The notes under the pieces were generated by a model. The model was not told where the DNA came from and ran no database searches. It was given only the letters and a program-made list of their open reading frames with translations. This document shows positions 46,501 through 57,500 of a DNA stretch of 64,000 nucleotides, piece after piece. The stretch is taken from positions 372,001 to 436,000 of the forward strand of contig BQFW01000003.1 of the NCBI GenBank assembly GCA_020891255.1, written 5' to 3'. How positions within the stretch are numbered: the first letter of the stretch is position 1; each line of letters opens with the position of its first letter. Position numbers and translations under genes: made by a program. This DNA is from Entomortierella parvispora E1425. Lineage: Eukaryota; Fungi; Mortierellomycota.

Positions 46501-49232
46501 AAGCAAGCTCCTGCTCAAAGACAGAGATCAAGTAGTCGTTGTCGCTGGTGAGGTAGAACTCCTCGTTATCCATGAAATGAGGGGTGAAAGCATAGAGGTG
46601 ACCCTGGACACGGTAAAGACGCGAAGTTCCAAGAGATCCGACGGGGCGCTTAGGTCTTCCGCTGAGACCGAGCTTAGCGTTTTGTCCAAGAGCTCCGTAT
46701 ACCTCTTTGAGTCCCTGGGGGTGGCTGACAGTAATGGGGTGAACCTGGTCCATAGTTTGAGTTTCGAGTCCATACATGCTCAACATGCTCTGCAAGTTTG
46801 CATCCTCGGCCAAGAGTACGACCTGGACCACAGTATCATTGGCCTGAGTCTTGCGTGCGTTGAAGCGTCTTCCAAGAGGATCAACCTCGGCAACACTGAG
46901 CAAGTTCTCGTAGATCAAGTTTCCAAGGGTATGCAGAGAGTTTGCCCATACAAGAGGGAGGTTGTCGTTCGCCATGCGTGCCTGTGAGTGATTGTCTTTC
47001 TTTTCCGCCTCAACAAGATGATGAGGAACATAGTACAACTCTGGGATCAGTGGAATGTGCTCCGGCAATTTGCCTTCACCATTGCTTCCGGGGGTGGTGA
47101 ATCCAGGCGAGGTAGGCGTCTTCAAACCGCGTCCATCTTCGCTCTCAGACATCGAGTCTGAAAGGAACTGGCCAAAGTCGACCAGAGTGGCCGAATCAAT
47201 GATCAGAGGCTCCAATTTTGCTCGATACTCCTCGACTTGGTCTTCATTCTCATTGAACAATCCATCGAGGATAAAGTAGGTGAAGAACAAGGGCCACTCG
47301 CACTCAATGTCCTCAAAGATCTTCAGCTCCTGTGCGTCATAGTGTAGACGAGATGTATCTAGTTGTAGCAAAGAAGGATTAGCGATCGGAATCAGAATAT
47401 CGGCCCCTTGGGGGGGTTTTTTTTTGCCACAATGCTAGATCTGGACATACTCTCGAGAATAGTTTGATGTCCGTCACGCAAGAAGCGCTTGCATCCGTAT
47501 TTGCCTCCAAGCTTTTCAATGATTTCATTGCGAGTTTTCTCGACAAGTTTGGCATCCCCAACAGCGAAGGCGGGGAATCCAATAACGGACAAGAGAGCAG
47601 CGTCAATCTCCTTTGAGTTAGATTCTCTTGGCAAGGCCGAATGAAGAGTAGTGTAGTTGCGGGTGATCTCATCAGGAAGGACGTGAATTACCTACAGAAG
47701 AAATAAATACGGCGTTAGGACATGACGGAGGTTTTTTCTTAGTTTGGTATCTCCTGCATGGAAAGAGAGGTAGGCTGACTTACAGAGCTGGGTCCTCCAC
47801 GAGATCCAAACAAGTTGATCCCGTTGATCGCCTGGAGTGCAGCAACAGCCATACCAATGGAGGACGAGTTGAGCTCGGGTTCACCATGGTTGATCTTGTT
47901 GCCACGCTCCCAAATACCGTAATCAGGTGTGCGATAGGCGCGCTCAATATAAAAGACCAAATTTTGGATAAAGTCGACTTCATCCGTAGTGTAGATGATG
48001 AGGATTCCAGAGGCGGTCATCTGGGCAAGGGCCAGCAAGAAGATGGAGGTGGCATCGATCTGCAAATGTCCCCATTCCGAGTCACCAACTACAGTGTCTC
48101 CCGTTGCGGTGTTGTATTTGGCGTGCAGACAGTCGTTGATGCCCTGTGTCTTCTTGAACTGCTCAATCTTTGGTGCCTGACGCATCATGCAGAAAAGCAA
48201 TCCGCGCATCAGCTTGACGACAGAGTTTTCGAGCTCATCTGCAAAAAGAGAAATACGCGGAGAGGAGAAAGTCAGTCCGTGGCCAGATCAGACATTTTTT
48301 TCATGGACAATTGAGCACAACACCACACCACACCACACGACACGACACGACACGACACGACACGACACGACACGACACGACACGACACTACACCACCCGC
48401 CACCACGCTGAGGAACATGCCAATCAACAAACAAACAAACAAACCGTGCGTCCCTGCGTCACATCGGGATGCATGGCCGATTTTTGAATCTGATAAAAAA
48501 ATGGCTCTCCTTTTCTCCGTGATCACCGCGTGGAACAAGAAGTGACATAATGCAAAGATCGATGCCTCCTTCCCTCCTTTGGCGGTGACAACTCGAGCCC
48601 CAATGAAGACGGGCAGGTAGGTAAAAAAGCAAAAGAGTCCGAAATCTCCCAAACCATGACCGAAATCGAAAAAAGATAACAGCCGAGAGCAGGGTGGTCA
48701 TAGCATTCTGAGGCACGCCCTTATCAGCAGCGAATGACTTCCGCGCATTGATTCGCAAGGTTTGAACTCCCCCCAAGCACCGGCCAGAATCTCTCTGAGG
48801 CTAATTCTGCGTCTCTTCCACCGTTCCAGGCTTCGTGTCTCACGGGAAGACAGCTCCCCTCTTTTCTGTCCCCGACTCCTGTGGTGTCTGCAAGACCAAC
48901 GGGCACTTACAGGCGCGACCCTCGTCATCATCGACACGGCGGTACGCGAGAGCCAGACCGAATACAGCCATGATCGAATAGACATTATCACTGTATGAGG
49001 AGAGAGCATGAAGCATTGGTTAGCAACACGAAAGAAGGGCTCCCGTTCCAATCTGATCTATCTGGAGAGTAGCCTACCGAACCCAAGCATCGCGGTAATC
49101 GCCATGGGTCGTCACAGCCACCGAGGCAGGGATCAAGCCTGTAGTAGGATTCTGACGGTTGAGGATGACTGCATTGACAGAGCGATAGTAGTAGTCGAGT
49201 CTCTTCCGGACGTTTGCCTGTGAGTGGTACAT
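43582..49232 (-). CDS. Phosphorylase kinase alpha/beta regulatory subunit (GH15-like) with an ILEI-domain insertion, about 1513 aa; exons 49232-49078, 48990-48911, 48238-47784, 47691-47451, 47358-45592, 45510-44416, 44330-43582
   Basis: [16 protein letters not shown]|[91 protein letters not shown] and [15 protein letters not shown]. Exon lengths sum to 4542 nt, in frame. Confidence 0.93.
48321..48390 (+). repeat. Pentanucleotide microsatellite (CACCA)3(CACGA)10(CACTA) inside phosphorylase kinase intron 2
   Basis: Direct read. Confidence 0.92.
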
Positions 49233-49842
49233 GGTGCAGACTCTGGGCAAAGGACGGAATGAGTGAATGAAAGAAGAACGAGCTCAGGGACCAGAGTGTC
49301 TGCTGATCAGTTGCAAGGAGACAAAAAGGATGTCAAAATAAAACCAACAATGGAAAGCAGAATAAAAGGACGGGAGAGTGGAAGAGTGGAGAGCAGAGAG
49401 TAGGGGAGAGAGAGAGAGGAGAAGAGGTAGAGAAAGGAAGGGATGAATGAAGAGAGGCAAAGGAACTGAAGAATGGAGAAGCAGAAGGAGTGGAGTTTCA
49501 AAGCTGGGGTTGTCTCAGCAGGAAGCTACACGTGACTCGACTTAAATCGATATAAAGTATTTATTAATGATAAATTATCACGATTAAAAAGTATGGAATA
49601 TTTCCAGCCTGCTTGGAAAACTGGACAACTTGGTAATCCAGACTCACAAGGGTGTTGGTCAACAAAGAGCAGAGTACACATTTCCCCCTTTTACTGAGGA
49701 GACCGGTACACACTTCTGGAAACAGAACAATCCAGTAAAAAACTTATTGGAAAATGGGCACTTGTCTGGATGGCCAGGAAATTGTCCTGGAAAACGGGAC
49801 AGCACGGAACTGCTGCCCTACGTTTATTTTTCATCTATCTTC

Positions 49843-52330
49843 CTAGTAGTAGCCCCATGCCTGCTTCATGATCCAGATCTGTCCCTCCTTCTTGATCTTC
49901 ACCGGACTGCAAGCCTCCCACAGCGACACAGCTCTTTCCGTCCAACTTTCCTGACGGTCAGCACCTCCCTGAAGAATCTCGAGAGGATGACACGTCTTCT
50001 TGAGTTGACCCAAAGACTGACGTCCGATACCGGCGTAACCCTGCACCTTCTCCAGGACAATGAATCGATCCTCGTGGTACTCTGGGTTGCCGGTCAAGAG
50101 ATGGGTATATTGGAGGTACTCCTCTGGAGAGGTGTGCGTCTCAACCTTGGAATAGGTCCAATGATGCAATGAGTTGGGGTCCTCTGCTCTTTCGCCAAAT
50201 CGACTGCATCCTGTCTCGGCTGCTGCCACATCAATATGAACCGTTGCTATTAAAAATTGATAAACATGGAGAAGGAGAAGGAGAAAGAAAAATTAGCGCC
50301 ACAGAAACGAGTTTCTATAAACTGCTTGGTCTTTTGGAGTCTTTTGTCCGATCCTTTCTTGTCCTCACCTGCACTGAAATGAGGAAGTTCGAGCTCATGC
50401 AACCGTTGAAGAGCATGGCCACCAGGGTAATTGGTACTGGAGATCAGCGACTGAGCTACACTAGAAGCAAAGTTCAAACCCACAGCCGCGACAATGAACA
50501 ATGCCAACAAACGGTACACGACTGTCTTGCGCTTCAGCCTATAAATTGTCCCAAAATAAAAGTCAGATCAGTCAAGTACAGAAAAGTAGAAAGAGAAAAG
50601 GCTAGATGACAATGACTTACACCCATGAAAGAGTCAGGGCAGCACCCAAGTTCAGAATAGGCACCACATAGATGATGAATCGCCACTCCTTGTGTCCCAA
50701 GAACGAGTACAGACCGACAAAAGCGGCGGCTGGCAAGAAGTATCGTCGGTACCTGACCTCCACTGCTCCAAAGATCACCGCCACCAAGGCCAAAGGAAGA
50801 GCCACTCCTGAAATCTTTGGCAAAAGGTTGGTGAAATAAGTGTGCCAAGGTGAGATTCCCCAAGCAACACTCTTTCCTTCCACAGCATTGAACCAGAATA
50901 CAGCTCCCTCAGCCCACATCCACTGCTGCCAGAACCAAGAGTCGACCCCAACGGCAATCAAAAGACTGACCACGCCGGCTGTGATTCCTTCCTGAATCGT
51001 CCTCCAGAATCGAATTCTATCTGTCGAAAGCTCCAAGAGGAGAATGGGCGCCATCAGCAATAAAATCTCGGATCGGAACAACACTGTCGCCACCACCAGA
51101 CAGTCCAACATGCGCATCAGTCGCTCTTCTGTCTCGCGCTTGGTGATCGAGCGCGAAGTGGGGGTTGAAGCCTGCATCCAGTAGGAAAAGGCCACATTCA
51201 CTAAGAGAAATAAAGAAATAGTCCGAAGGTGAGATCACTAAAGCAAAAATCCCTGATTCCACTCAATGATGCACATTCCTTGATGCCATTTTCTTACCAA
51301 TTGCAAGAGCAAAAGTGTTGGGCAAAGTCCTGCCAGCATAGAAAAGCCAGTGGAATTGAACAGCCGAGACGACCATGAAGAGACGGGTGACAGTCTTGCC
51401 AAACTGGTGGTTGACCCCGCGACTCATTTGATGCCATCCAAAGAACGTGAACAGACCCAGAACCATGCGAACTATAACATAGAAAAAGAGGGGGAGCGCG
51501 GGACATTGGGTAAGCGGCTCTTGATCCGTTTCGGTATTTTTTTTTTTTTGAGTTGCTGCATGCATGATAACAGAAAAAAAAATTCAGCGGGAAAACCAGA
51601 ACAATAAACAACCACTCGACCATACCAATGATCTGTCCAGTGATGCTCTTTGGCACGCCCGAAGAAGGGGCTAGAAACCTGACTACGGCCATGATGGGCC
51701 AGCTTCCAATGGCCAATAGCAATGGTCCAACAAATGTCCTTGGTACAACACCTGGAAACTCCAAGTGGTCATACTAAGAATGAAGAGAGAGGGGGGTGAG
51801 AACATGATCAGCGACGGATAACAGATGGTCGAAAGTAGAGAAAGACTCCCCAGCATAACTCCTACCTTGGAGACGCTATCTTGAGAAACACCCAAAGTGA
51901 GGATATCGTGTGTAGCCTGGAGGTTGAAACTCTCCTCGACTTTTGTAAATGGTGCGACCAAGATATGAAGCGCGATCAGGGACAAGACCAGTCCATGGAT
52001 CACGTAATCCAGGGCTTCAAAAGACGACAACGATGAGGAGGATGCCGTTGACGTTGTTGACGATGACGACCACGACAATGACAGTGACGAGGTAGGGACG
52101 GCGACTCTCTTGCTGGTGGCGGTGGACGAGGTTATGACTGAGGTGTGGAAACTAACCGATCCTTTGGATGACTTTCGCTTGGAAAGGCCTTGCCCATTTC
52201 CATTGGCGCTGCCATTGTTCTTTAAAATGCCATTGCCTTGCTTCGTGCTCATGCTGTGTCCATTGCCATTGCCATTGCCATTGCTGTGCTGTTGTTTCTT
52301 GGCCTGTTCCTCCATCTCGCTGGTCGCCAT
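49843..52330 (-). CDS. ALG12: Dol-P-Man:Man7GlcNAc2-PP-Dol alpha-1,6-mannosyltransferase (GT22), 6 exons
   Basis: [64 protein letters not shown] and [15 protein letters not shown]. All introns are GT-AG. Confidence 0.93.
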
Positions 52331-53027
52331 CTTGAGGGGGGGTTAGGATGATTCTTTTGTTCTATGCTCAATCCACAAAAAAAAAAAAAGAAAGGCGTCA
52401 GAATGACGACGTGAATCGGAAAGAGGAGAGAGAAAGCAAGGAAAGGGGTGAGAGGGGGACTGTGGACGCTCGGAAGCTGGAAGGGAAGGAAACAAGGCAG
52501 GAAAGAGGGAAAGAAAGAGGGGGATAAAGAAAGAGAGGCCCTTTTCCGTCTCGGGGCACTGGCCCTGACTTTGACAAAGGGACTCCCCTCGTCCTCGGGA
52601 CGATCTTTTGCTCCAATTGCGCTCGTTGGTGTTGGTGCAACAGTTTCTGGTCCACACACGTCAAAGCGCGCTCGCACCCCCCTTTGTCCGTTTTGACCAA
52701 CGTGCCCACACACAACACACGCACACACCACCACACATCAGCGTCCGTTCAACCTCTTCCCGTTAGTCTGTTCGCATTGTTGCTTTTTGCTGCACCGCGA
52801 AGGAGGCGCGTGCATTCAACGCGTCTCTCTTTTGACTGCATCCTCCTGAAACAATTCATCCCTGACATTCAACCAGCTGAACGCCATCTTAAGCCCACCC
52901 TCACCCCCCTTGCAGATCCAGTACTTACTCTAGCGAAAACCTAGGCCATTCAGATCCAAGATATAACATGCATGATGCCTTTTCTTCTTTATTCCAGAGC
53001 AACAAGCACTGTCTCATGGGGGTTTTT

Positions 53028-53966
53028 TTAAGCCAAGGTATAGTTGGTCTGCTCTAGGAACTCGGCAAAGGTAGCAGGCTTGCCTCGGGCACTGGCCACT
53101 CCCTCAGCGACAACCTTCCTTGTCTCGGGGCCGTAGTAACCAAAGTCTTGGAAGTAAAAGAACATATCGACCAAAAGTGGAGCTGAGCCAGGGGGCATGC
53201 GGGCCTCGAGCACACTCTCGGGAATCTGCTTGTAGACAACCGTCTTGCCAGTCGCCTTGGAGATGGCCTGAGCAATCTCTTCCCAGGTCAACACTTCACT
53301 CGCCGCCGGGACGAACTTGCCCTCGAATGCATCTGGGTTGGCCAAAATGGCGCCGACCCACTTGCCAGTGTCCTGGATGTTGATCAGAGGGAACTCGGCG
53401 GTGGGGACGGCGATGCTGGCGAGAAAGTACGTGCCATCCCCAGCAGGCTTGGGACCCGTATGGTTGGCAAAGTTTTGCATGAAGGTGCCGGGTCCAAAGA
53501 AGGCACTCCTGATAGGGAGGCCGCGGATATATTGCTCCACATCATTCTTGGCATCGAAGTGACCACACCTGGTGTATTTTCCACCCGAGACCTTGGCCAC
53601 GTTGGGCTGGGAGCTGTAGATGATATAGGAGGCACCGGCAGCCACGGCTGCGTCGGCTGCGTTCTTGCCTTGAAGCTTCTCGATCTCCTCGAGACGCTCA
53701 CCGTACACAGTCGCTGTAGCGACAAAGACGGTGTGGGCGCCTTCCAGAACAGATTTGATCGATGCTGCGTCTGTAAGATCACCTTGGACAACCTCGACGT
53801 CACCAAGCTTGGTCAGTTCCTGGGCAGCAGGCTTGGAGGTGTCACGAGTAACGGCACGGATCTTGTATTCCTTGGACAAGACGGGGTCCTTCAAGACATG
53901 CTCGACAACTGAACCACCTTGGTTTCCAGTGGAACCAAAAACAACGAGAATCTTGCTGGCAGTCAT
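53028..53966 (-). CDS. NmrA-like/HSCARG NAD(P)-binding atypical short-chain reductase, intronless, 312 aa
   Basis: Rossmann motif VVFGSTGNQGGSV, plus RAVTRD, VVQGDL, HFDAKNDVEQY and DTGKWV. Confidence 0.9.
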   Translation of the reverse strand: MTASKILVVFGSTGNQGGSVVEHVLKDPVLSKEYKIRAVTRDTSKPAAQELTKLGDVEVVQGDLTDAASIKSVLEGAHTVFVATATVYGERLEEIEKLQGKNAADAAVAAGASYIIYSSQPNVAKVSGGKYTRCGHFDAKNDVEQYIRGLPIRSAFFGPGTFMQNFANHTGPKPAGDGTYFLASIAVPTAEFPLINIQDTGKWVGAILANPDAFEGKFVPAASEVLTWEEIAQAISKATGKTVVYKQIPESVLEARMPPGSAPLLVDMFFYFQDFGYYGPETRKVVAEGVASARGKPATFAEFLEQTNYTLA

Positions 53967-54066
53967 GGTTGATTTTTTTCTTTTAAAAGAGGATTGTGCT
54001 GTGGGAAGTTGTGAGGGAGAGAGGTTTGAAGGTTGAATGTCTGTTGAAGGAGGCGAGTCTTGCTGC

Positions 54067-54096
54067 TTTTATAGTCGCCTGGACAGTCGCCTGGAC
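54067..54096 (-). promoter_or_regulatory. TATA box (TATAAAA, 54073-54067) adjoining a 12-bp tandem repeat (AGTCGCCTGGAC x2 on the + strand), about 100 nt upstream of the NmrA-like ATG
   Basis: Sequence read directly. The function is inferred from position. Confidence 0.5.
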
Positions 54097-54347
54097 ATTA
54101 CAATTGACATCATTGCCCAAGCTCTGGCCATCTTTTACCCAAGGAGGAATGCAGGTGGCAGGCTATTGTTTATGACACGGTTGTTTTGCGCAGCTACTTT
54201 GAGGGGCCAAGATTCTGTTGGTCCTGGACGCGCTCTTTGGCCAATTCTGGCTGTTGACGACGCGTGTCCATTCTGCTCTGGATCTAAAAGGTATTCCCAG
54301 CGGGCCTTTTTCGGTGGGCGCAAGCAAACCAATGTTTCACAAACAGG

Positions 54348-54535
54348 AAAACTGCGGACATGTCCTTTTGACGGCAATGTTGGTCAACTCAGAAGCGGGT
54401 TTATTATCGCCCGTTTTCCATCTGACGATCAATCTTGACGTGTTTTTGGCCTTTCTAAAACTGCGGACATGTCCTTTTGACGGCAATGTTGGTCAACTCA
54501 GAAGCCGGCTTTATAATTGCCCGTTTTCCATCTGA
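54348..54535. repeat. Direct repeat of about 79 bp, two copies (54348-54425 and 54457-54535), first 49 bp identical
   Basis: Both copies begin AAAACTGCGGACATGTCCTTTTGACGGCAATGTTGGTCAACTCAGAAGC and end GCCCGTTTTCCATCTGA. Confidence 0.92.
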
Positions 54536-54591
54536 TAAGGGCCTTTTTACTTTTTTATTTTATGTTGGCGTTGCAATTGAACATTGCCACA

Positions 54592-57500
54592 TCAATCTCG
54601 ATCGCGGTCCATAACGACATGTCGTGTCGATAACGAGGTGCCAGTGGAAGAGGTTGAAGCCGATCGTCCTTTCTTCAGAAACCCTTCTTGCTCTCCTACT
54701 CTAGTCATCAGAGGCGCCGTTTCCCTACTGGGCGTTGGCACCTCGCTCACATTGGGCTGAATGGGGCAAAAGAACTGGAGTCGTTTCTCAATCTCCTCGC
54801 GGGTCACTGGCTTGACCATCATGTAGTCAAAAATCTGCGCAGCAAGATCTGGGAACGCAGTGACAGCCACAATAGGTGTCAGAGAGTTTGTGTTTTGCGT
54901 CGACTTGATCATTCTCGTGGCAGTATCTCCATCGACTTGAAAAAAAAAAAAAGAAAAAAAAAAAAAGGGAACAAGCAAAAGATCTGTTAGTTCCAAGAAT
55001 GGAAATGAAGGTTGCGTCTGATAGGAAACCATAGCATCGTGTAACTTACTGATAGGCATTCGAATGTCCATGAAAATAATGTCAAACTTTACACTGCCCA
55101 TAGCGCAGCGAATTGCCTCTCCTCCATTGCGCATGACCACACACCGGCAATTCAATCTAGTGAGAATCGTCTCCAAGATCTTGGCACTGATCGGGTTGTC
55201 ATCCACCACTAGACAGTCGCGGGTCCTGCTCGTCTTTCGCGCAGCAGCAGCGGCCGCGCCTCCCTTGGCAGTGGACCGCAAAGTGGCAGTTGCCTTGAGA
55301 GAGTGGCGACTAGACCGCAATCCAGAATTGCTGCTCATACTTCCACTGCGGCGATCGCGAGTCGAGCCCACTTGGGGCAAGTTTTTGTTCGTTGGCACAT
55401 TGGGCGAGGTAGGCGATGCAACGCTGCTTCCAGGAATCGCAAAAGGGTGAATGTCCGTGTTGCTGGCGCTGTGTGTTCTGGGTCGCAGTGGCATGGAAGA
55501 TCGTCGAGAGGCAGGCGTAAGCTCAGAAGGGGACACGCCGTCCTTGGACGATTCACCAAAAGCCACAGGAACAGAGGAGGAGCGCTGAGGTTGGTACTCG
55601 TTGCCCTCCTGTGGAGTACTGGGACCTCCCTGAGTTTGGCTGTTGGATGTGCCAGCAGATCCACTCGATCCAGGGGAGCCTTTGGGTGAATACGAGAAGT
55701 AGTTCTTGCCATCGAATCGTAAAGGGGGGGTACCCACCAACGCTGTCATGGATCTGTGCTTGTTCTTGGCTATACTCGTTGCAGTTGCCTGGTTGCCGTT
55801 AGAGCCAGGGGTACCAGGAGTCTCTGATGAAAACTCTGAGATGGACGAAGATAAACTGCTTCCACTTGCTGATGCAAAAGCGTTATCAGATCGTAGCTTC
55901 CTGATCATGTCATTGTTTGCCTTTTCGAGGACGGGTAAATTAATGAAGGCAAATGTTCCAAAATCAGCCCCCGTTTCGTCCTTTGCAGAGTCATTCGTCT
56001 TGTGACCCTCATCGGACTCGTGTTTGGGGGTGTGCGCACGGGGAGTTGAGTTGTTGTCAATAACGTTGGTGTCGACCGTCAGTGCTAGAGCAGTGGTCGC
56101 TGGTTCTTCTTTGCGAGGTCTGAATTCAGGAGAGTCGCGGGGTGGTGGAGCAAGAGTCTCCTTCTTGCTGAGCGCTTGGGCGATCGATTGGGCATCCTTC
56201 AGTTCTGGAATGTCCTCCTTGAAAGATCCCATTTTTGCTCCTCGGACGTCAAAGTAATCCGTGTCTTCAATACCGGCTGGCGCAGGAACAAAGGCTGGAC
56301 GCTCCGACAGCAAGGTTTCCCAGTTAATGTCCTGGAAGAAGGGATGGTTTTTCACTTCATCAGCACCGTTAAAGCCCAAACGTTGCTCAGGGACAGGGCA
56401 CAGCAGTCGCTCCATAAAGTCACGCGCCTCCGCCGAAATCTCCAACTCCGACTCGTGCCAGTCAATCTCTCGTGAAAGGATATTCTCAAAGACCTGCTCG
56501 GGAGATTCTCCATGGAACGGAGGATACCCAAAGAGAAACTCGTAGCAAATAACTCCCAGTGCCCACTATCATGCGGACGAAAATATTCAAGAAATGTAAA
56601 GCTCACGTTAGAAAAAAAAAAAAAAAAAACTGCTTTGAAATACATCATAGTTCATAACAGCTGCCGAGTAGGATCTTACCCAGTCCACCATGGCATCCTG
56701 ACTCATGCCAAGCACACACTCTGGGGCCAAGTAGTCTGGTGTTCCGACGCACTTTTCTGGAGCCTCTTCCTTCAAGTCATTGAGCAAAAAGGACGGAGGG
56801 ATAAGAGGGGAATTTCCATGCGACGCCTTTGGTGACATGCTGTGTATGGGATGCAGTGCTCCAGAAAGGAATGAGCTCGAGGACTTGACACTACTCTCGT
56901 TCAATGGGAACGGAGCATTCGAAGAGGACGAGGTCAACATCGCAGCTGCTGGTAACTTTGGCAAATCAGCAGCTGCAAATCCAATGGCGGGAGATCGCCC
57001 ATCTACCGAAGTTGAACTGGCATTCGATGAGCGTCTGCTTCTCTCGCCCCAGTTGAAATAGGATGGGTTAGAAGGACCAAGTTTGGGAGTTGGGATCATT
57101 GGAATTGAGGTCGACTCGTGATTAGCATCGACAGCATGAGAGAACAAGAACGGCGACATTGGCCTTGAGTCTGGATAAGGCAAAGGCAACGGGATCTTTG
57201 ATCTCCTATCCGTCTGAGCCTGGCGACCCAAGAATCCCACGCGCGAAAGCCCGAAATCCGTGAGCTTCAAGTGTCCGTTCTGGTCAATAAGCAGGTTGTC
57301 GGGCTTGAGATCACTATTAGATTACAAAGCAAACGCAGCGGATAATTAGTAAATATACAGAGGATGCATTAGGTCCCTATCCATTCATCCGAATATCCGC
57401 CTATATACCGATGAACTACTCCAGCGTTATGAAGATACTCCAAGCCAAGGACGACCTCAGCAAGGTAGTTCCGAGCCCAGTCCTCTGGAAGTCGAACAAT

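Noticed and set aside
49568-49580. Inverted GATA pair TGATAA-A-TTATCA upstream of PhK
   Set aside because: It lies in an AT-rich tract that is probably the ALG12 3' end, where such a match is likely by chance.
878-52330. GT34, ALG8 and ALG12 as a glycosylation gene cluster
   Set aside because: They are 20-26 kb apart with many unrelated genes between them, which is compatible with chance.
54356-54365. GGACATGTCC matches the p53 half-site RRRCWWGYYY
   Set aside because: No p53 family is known in fungi, and a 10-bp palindrome fits other dimeric factors equally well.
54348-54535. Direct repeats as a CRISPR array or LTR pair
   Set aside because: Only two units of about 79 bp in a eukaryotic context, with no TG...CA ends and no internal coding sequence.
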